Shown here in pieces: positions 61,998-64,000 of a stretch of 64,000 nucleotides of DNA. Position 1 is the first letter of the stretch; the number at the start of each line of letters is the position of its first letter. The translations under genes were made by a program, and so were the position numbers. The stretch is from an uncultured Actinomycetes bacterium (GTDB lineage Bacteria > Actinomycetota > Thermoleophilia > UBA2241): assembly GCA_963767005.1 (NCBI GenBank), contig CAVYCN010000007.1, positions 64,001 through 128,000 of the forward strand, in the 5' to 3' direction. The notes under the pieces were generated by a model that saw nothing but the letters and a program-made list of their open reading frames with translations, was not told the origin of the DNA and made no database searches.

Positions 61998-62987
61998 TCA
62001 CGGCGCGAGCGACAGGGCGGCGCCGTCGAGCAGGTCGGACTCGCTCACCTGCACGACATCGAGCGCGAACAGGCGGCAGACCTCGCGCGCCAGCAGCACG
62101 CCGGCCAGGATGACGTCCTCACGCCCCTTCTGGATGCCGGCCAGGCGCCCGCGCGCGGCGCTCGGCATGCCGCGGAACAGCGTCTCCGCGGCCGCGAGGT
62201 CGGCGAGGGTCAGCTCGTGGCCGTGGACGAGGGCGCGGTCGTAGGCGCGCAGCGCGAGCTTGTGGGCGACCAGGGTGGTGAAGGTGCCGGCCAGGCCGAC
62301 GCCGCGGCCAACCGGCGCGCGCACCGGCGCGGGCACGGCTGCCGCCAGCGTCGCCCGCACGAAGTCGCGGGCCGAGAGATACTGGGCCTCGGTCGGCGGG
62401 TCGGCCGCGAAGAAGCGTTCGGTCAGACGCACCACGCCCACGTCGAGGCTGCAGACGAACGAGGGTGCGGCGGCGGGCGGCGGCGGGCCGACGGCGAGCT
62501 CCACGCTGCCGCCGCCGATGTCGACGACGACGACCGCCGGGCGCTCGAGCGTCCGGCCGCCCGCGGTCGCTCTGTCACGCGCTGACTCTCTCGCGGCACC
62601 CGCGTCTTGCCGGCTCGCCGTCCCGGTGGCGGCGCCGGCGAACGACAGCCGCGCCTCCTCCTCGCCACTCAGGACCCGTGCCGGCACGCCGGCCAGGGCG
62701 GCCAGACCGTCGAGGAAGGCCGCGCCGTCGGCGGCGTCACGCAGGACGCTCGTCGCGACGAGCAGGCCGGCCTCGGGGGCAAAGGCGGCGATCGTGCGCC
62801 CGTAGCCCTCGACGCAGGCGCGCGTGCGACCGGCGGCGGCGGCGTCCAGCCGCCGCCGCCGGTCGACGCCCGCGCCCAGGCGCGTGACCGTGGTCTTGCG
62901 GGCGACGTCGCCCACCCGGCCGGCCTCGACGTGGGCGAGCAGCAGGCGCACCGAGTTGGTGCCGACATCGACGACGGCGACCTTCAC
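61998..62987 (-). CDS. ppx: Ppx/GppA exopolyphosphatase
   Basis: VVDVGTNSVRL, TRLGAG, ATSVLRDA, LSGEEEA and DIGGGSVE. Confidence 0.92.
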   Translation of the reverse strand: MKVAVVDVGTNSVRLLLAHVEAGRVGDVARKTTVTRLGAGVDRRRRLDAAAAGRTRACVEGYGRTIAAFAPEAGLLVATSVLRDAADGAAFLDGLAALAGVPARVLSGEEEARLSFAGAATGTASRQDAGAARESARDRATAGGRTLERPAVVVVDIGGGSVELAVGPPPPAAAPSFVCSLDVGVVRLTERFFAADPPTEAQYLSARDFVRATLAAAVPAPVRAPVGRGVGLAGTFTTLVAHKLALRAYDRALVHGHELTLADLAAAETLFRGMPSAARGRLAGIQKGREDVILAGVLLAREVCRLFALDVVQVSESDLLDGAALSLAP

Positions 62988-63538
62988 GCGCGGCTCTCCG
63001 GCTCGCAGGTCGGCGTGCAGCAGGCCGTGTCGCCGAACAGAGGGGCGGCGGCCGCGAGGACTTGCGCGCCCAGCAGGTAGCCCGGCCGCGCGAGGGCGTG
63101 GGCCGCGTGCGGGTGCAGGCACTTGAGCGCCGCGGGGCGGCTCACGCCGCCGACGCCGGTCGCCAGCGAGGCGCCGCCGTCGCGGGCCGGCGCCGGGCAG
63201 AGCGCCGCAAGGAGCCGCCGGCGGCGGCGCTCGTAGGCGGTCGCCGAGGCGAGCGAACGGCGCAGCGCCGGGTCGGCGGCGGCAAGGGCCGCGAAGCGGC
63301 GCACGCCGCCGCCGCTCTCGAGGGCGGAGACGGCGGCGACCAGAGCGGGGCAGGTCGCCCAGAACAGCGTCGGGAACGGCCGGCCGGCGGCGTCGTAGGG
63401 CAGGTCCTCGACCACGGCCGGCGCGCCCCACGGGCAGCGGGCGACGACGCGGCGGAAGGGGTGCGGCGTGCGGCCGAGCTGGGCGGCGACGCAGTCTCGG
63501 TCCCGCGCGGCCGACGGCCGTGCCGGCGGCGGCGTCAC
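62984..63538 (-). CDS. DUF501 family protein
   Basis: QLGR.P, PFPTLFWATCP, LESGG, GVGG and KCLHPH.AH. Confidence 0.9.
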   Translation of the reverse strand: MTPPPARPSAARDRDCVAAQLGRTPHPFRRVVARCPWGAPAVVEDLPYDAAGRPFPTLFWATCPALVAAVSALESGGGVRRFAALAAADPALRRSLASATAYERRRRRLLAALCPAPARDGGASLATGVGGVSRPAALKCLHPHAAHALARPGYLLGAQVLAAAAPLFGDTACCTPTCEPESRA

Positions 63539-64000
63539 CGCCTGAGGGTGTGCCAGAGGTCGACGAGGCGCGCCAGCAGCGAGGGCGACTCGAGCGCGGC
63601 GGCGCGGCTGCTCGGCGCGGGCGTCGTCTCGTCCCGCGGCAGCCCCTTGACGACGAAGGCCTGCATGTCGGCCGGCACGAGCTGGTACTGCTCGCGGGCC
63701 TCGCGGGTGATGAAGTCGCGCGTGTGCATCTCGGCGATCTGCGTGTGCAGCGCCTTGTTCTGCGCCTGGGCCTGGGTGAGGGTGGCCACCTGGCGGTCGT
63801 AGCGGTCCTGCTGGGCGAAGAAGGCGCGCAGCGGCGACACGAACAGCCAGGCGGCGAGCAGCAGCAGCACGAGCGCGGCCAGGCGGAGCGGGCGCAGCTC
63901 GACGGGGGCGCGGCGGCGGGCGCGGGCGACGTCGTCGCCCGCGCCCGCCGCCGCGCCGTCCGCAGCCGGACGCGCCGCGCGAGCCGTGCGGCGCGCGCGG
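63535..64000 (-). CDS. Septum formation initiator FtsB/DivIC (start outside the window)
   Basis: TM helix, coiled coil and FITREAREQYQLV. The frame is open to the window edge and the gene precedes DUF501-ppx. Confidence 0.8.
   Translation of the reverse strand, partial: RARRTARAARPAADGAAAGAGDDVARARRRAPVELRPLRLAALVLLLLAAWLFVSPLRAFFAQQDRYDRQVATLTQAQAQNKALHTQIAEMHTRDFITREAREQYQLVPADMQAFVVKGLPRDETTPAPSSRAAALESPSLLARLVDLWHTLRR

Overview
This is a very GC-rich bacterial chromosome segment, most likely from an actinomycete of the Thermoleophilia or Coriobacteriia type. That placement is inferred from the divIC-DUF501-ppx-tRNA-Leu(TAA) gene order, Ppm1, a PASTA kinase, DnaE2 and Gram-positive SOS boxes. 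A B12-dependent RNR, an MttB and a selenoprotein suggest anaerobic or microaerobic metabolism. About 55 mostly housekeeping genes are present: asp23/amaP cluster, nrdR-nrdJ, sdhCDAB, hsp20-lon, dnaE2, accC, paaK, copA and others. There is one tRNA and one degraded IS982-family element; no CRISPR array or prophage was seen. Several signals are not shown by the ORF track: (1) a MoxR-type AAA+ gene joined to the downstream vWA gene by an A_AAA_AAA heptamer plus a GC hairpin, a candidate programmed -1 frameshift; (2) an in-frame UGA in a UxxC motif followed by a SECIS-like hairpin; (3) candidate sRNAs with C-rich loops, one of them 6C-like; (4) a dispersed ~49-nt repeat that begins at TAG stop codons, plus a ~250-nt foldback; (5) twin LexA-box promoters driving dnaE2 and a stand-alone DUF6504 gene; (6) a REC-MshEN-PilB fusion; (7) a 25-aa ORF with its own stress-sigma-like promoter. 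All family assignments come from recognising motifs by eye; no database searches were run.
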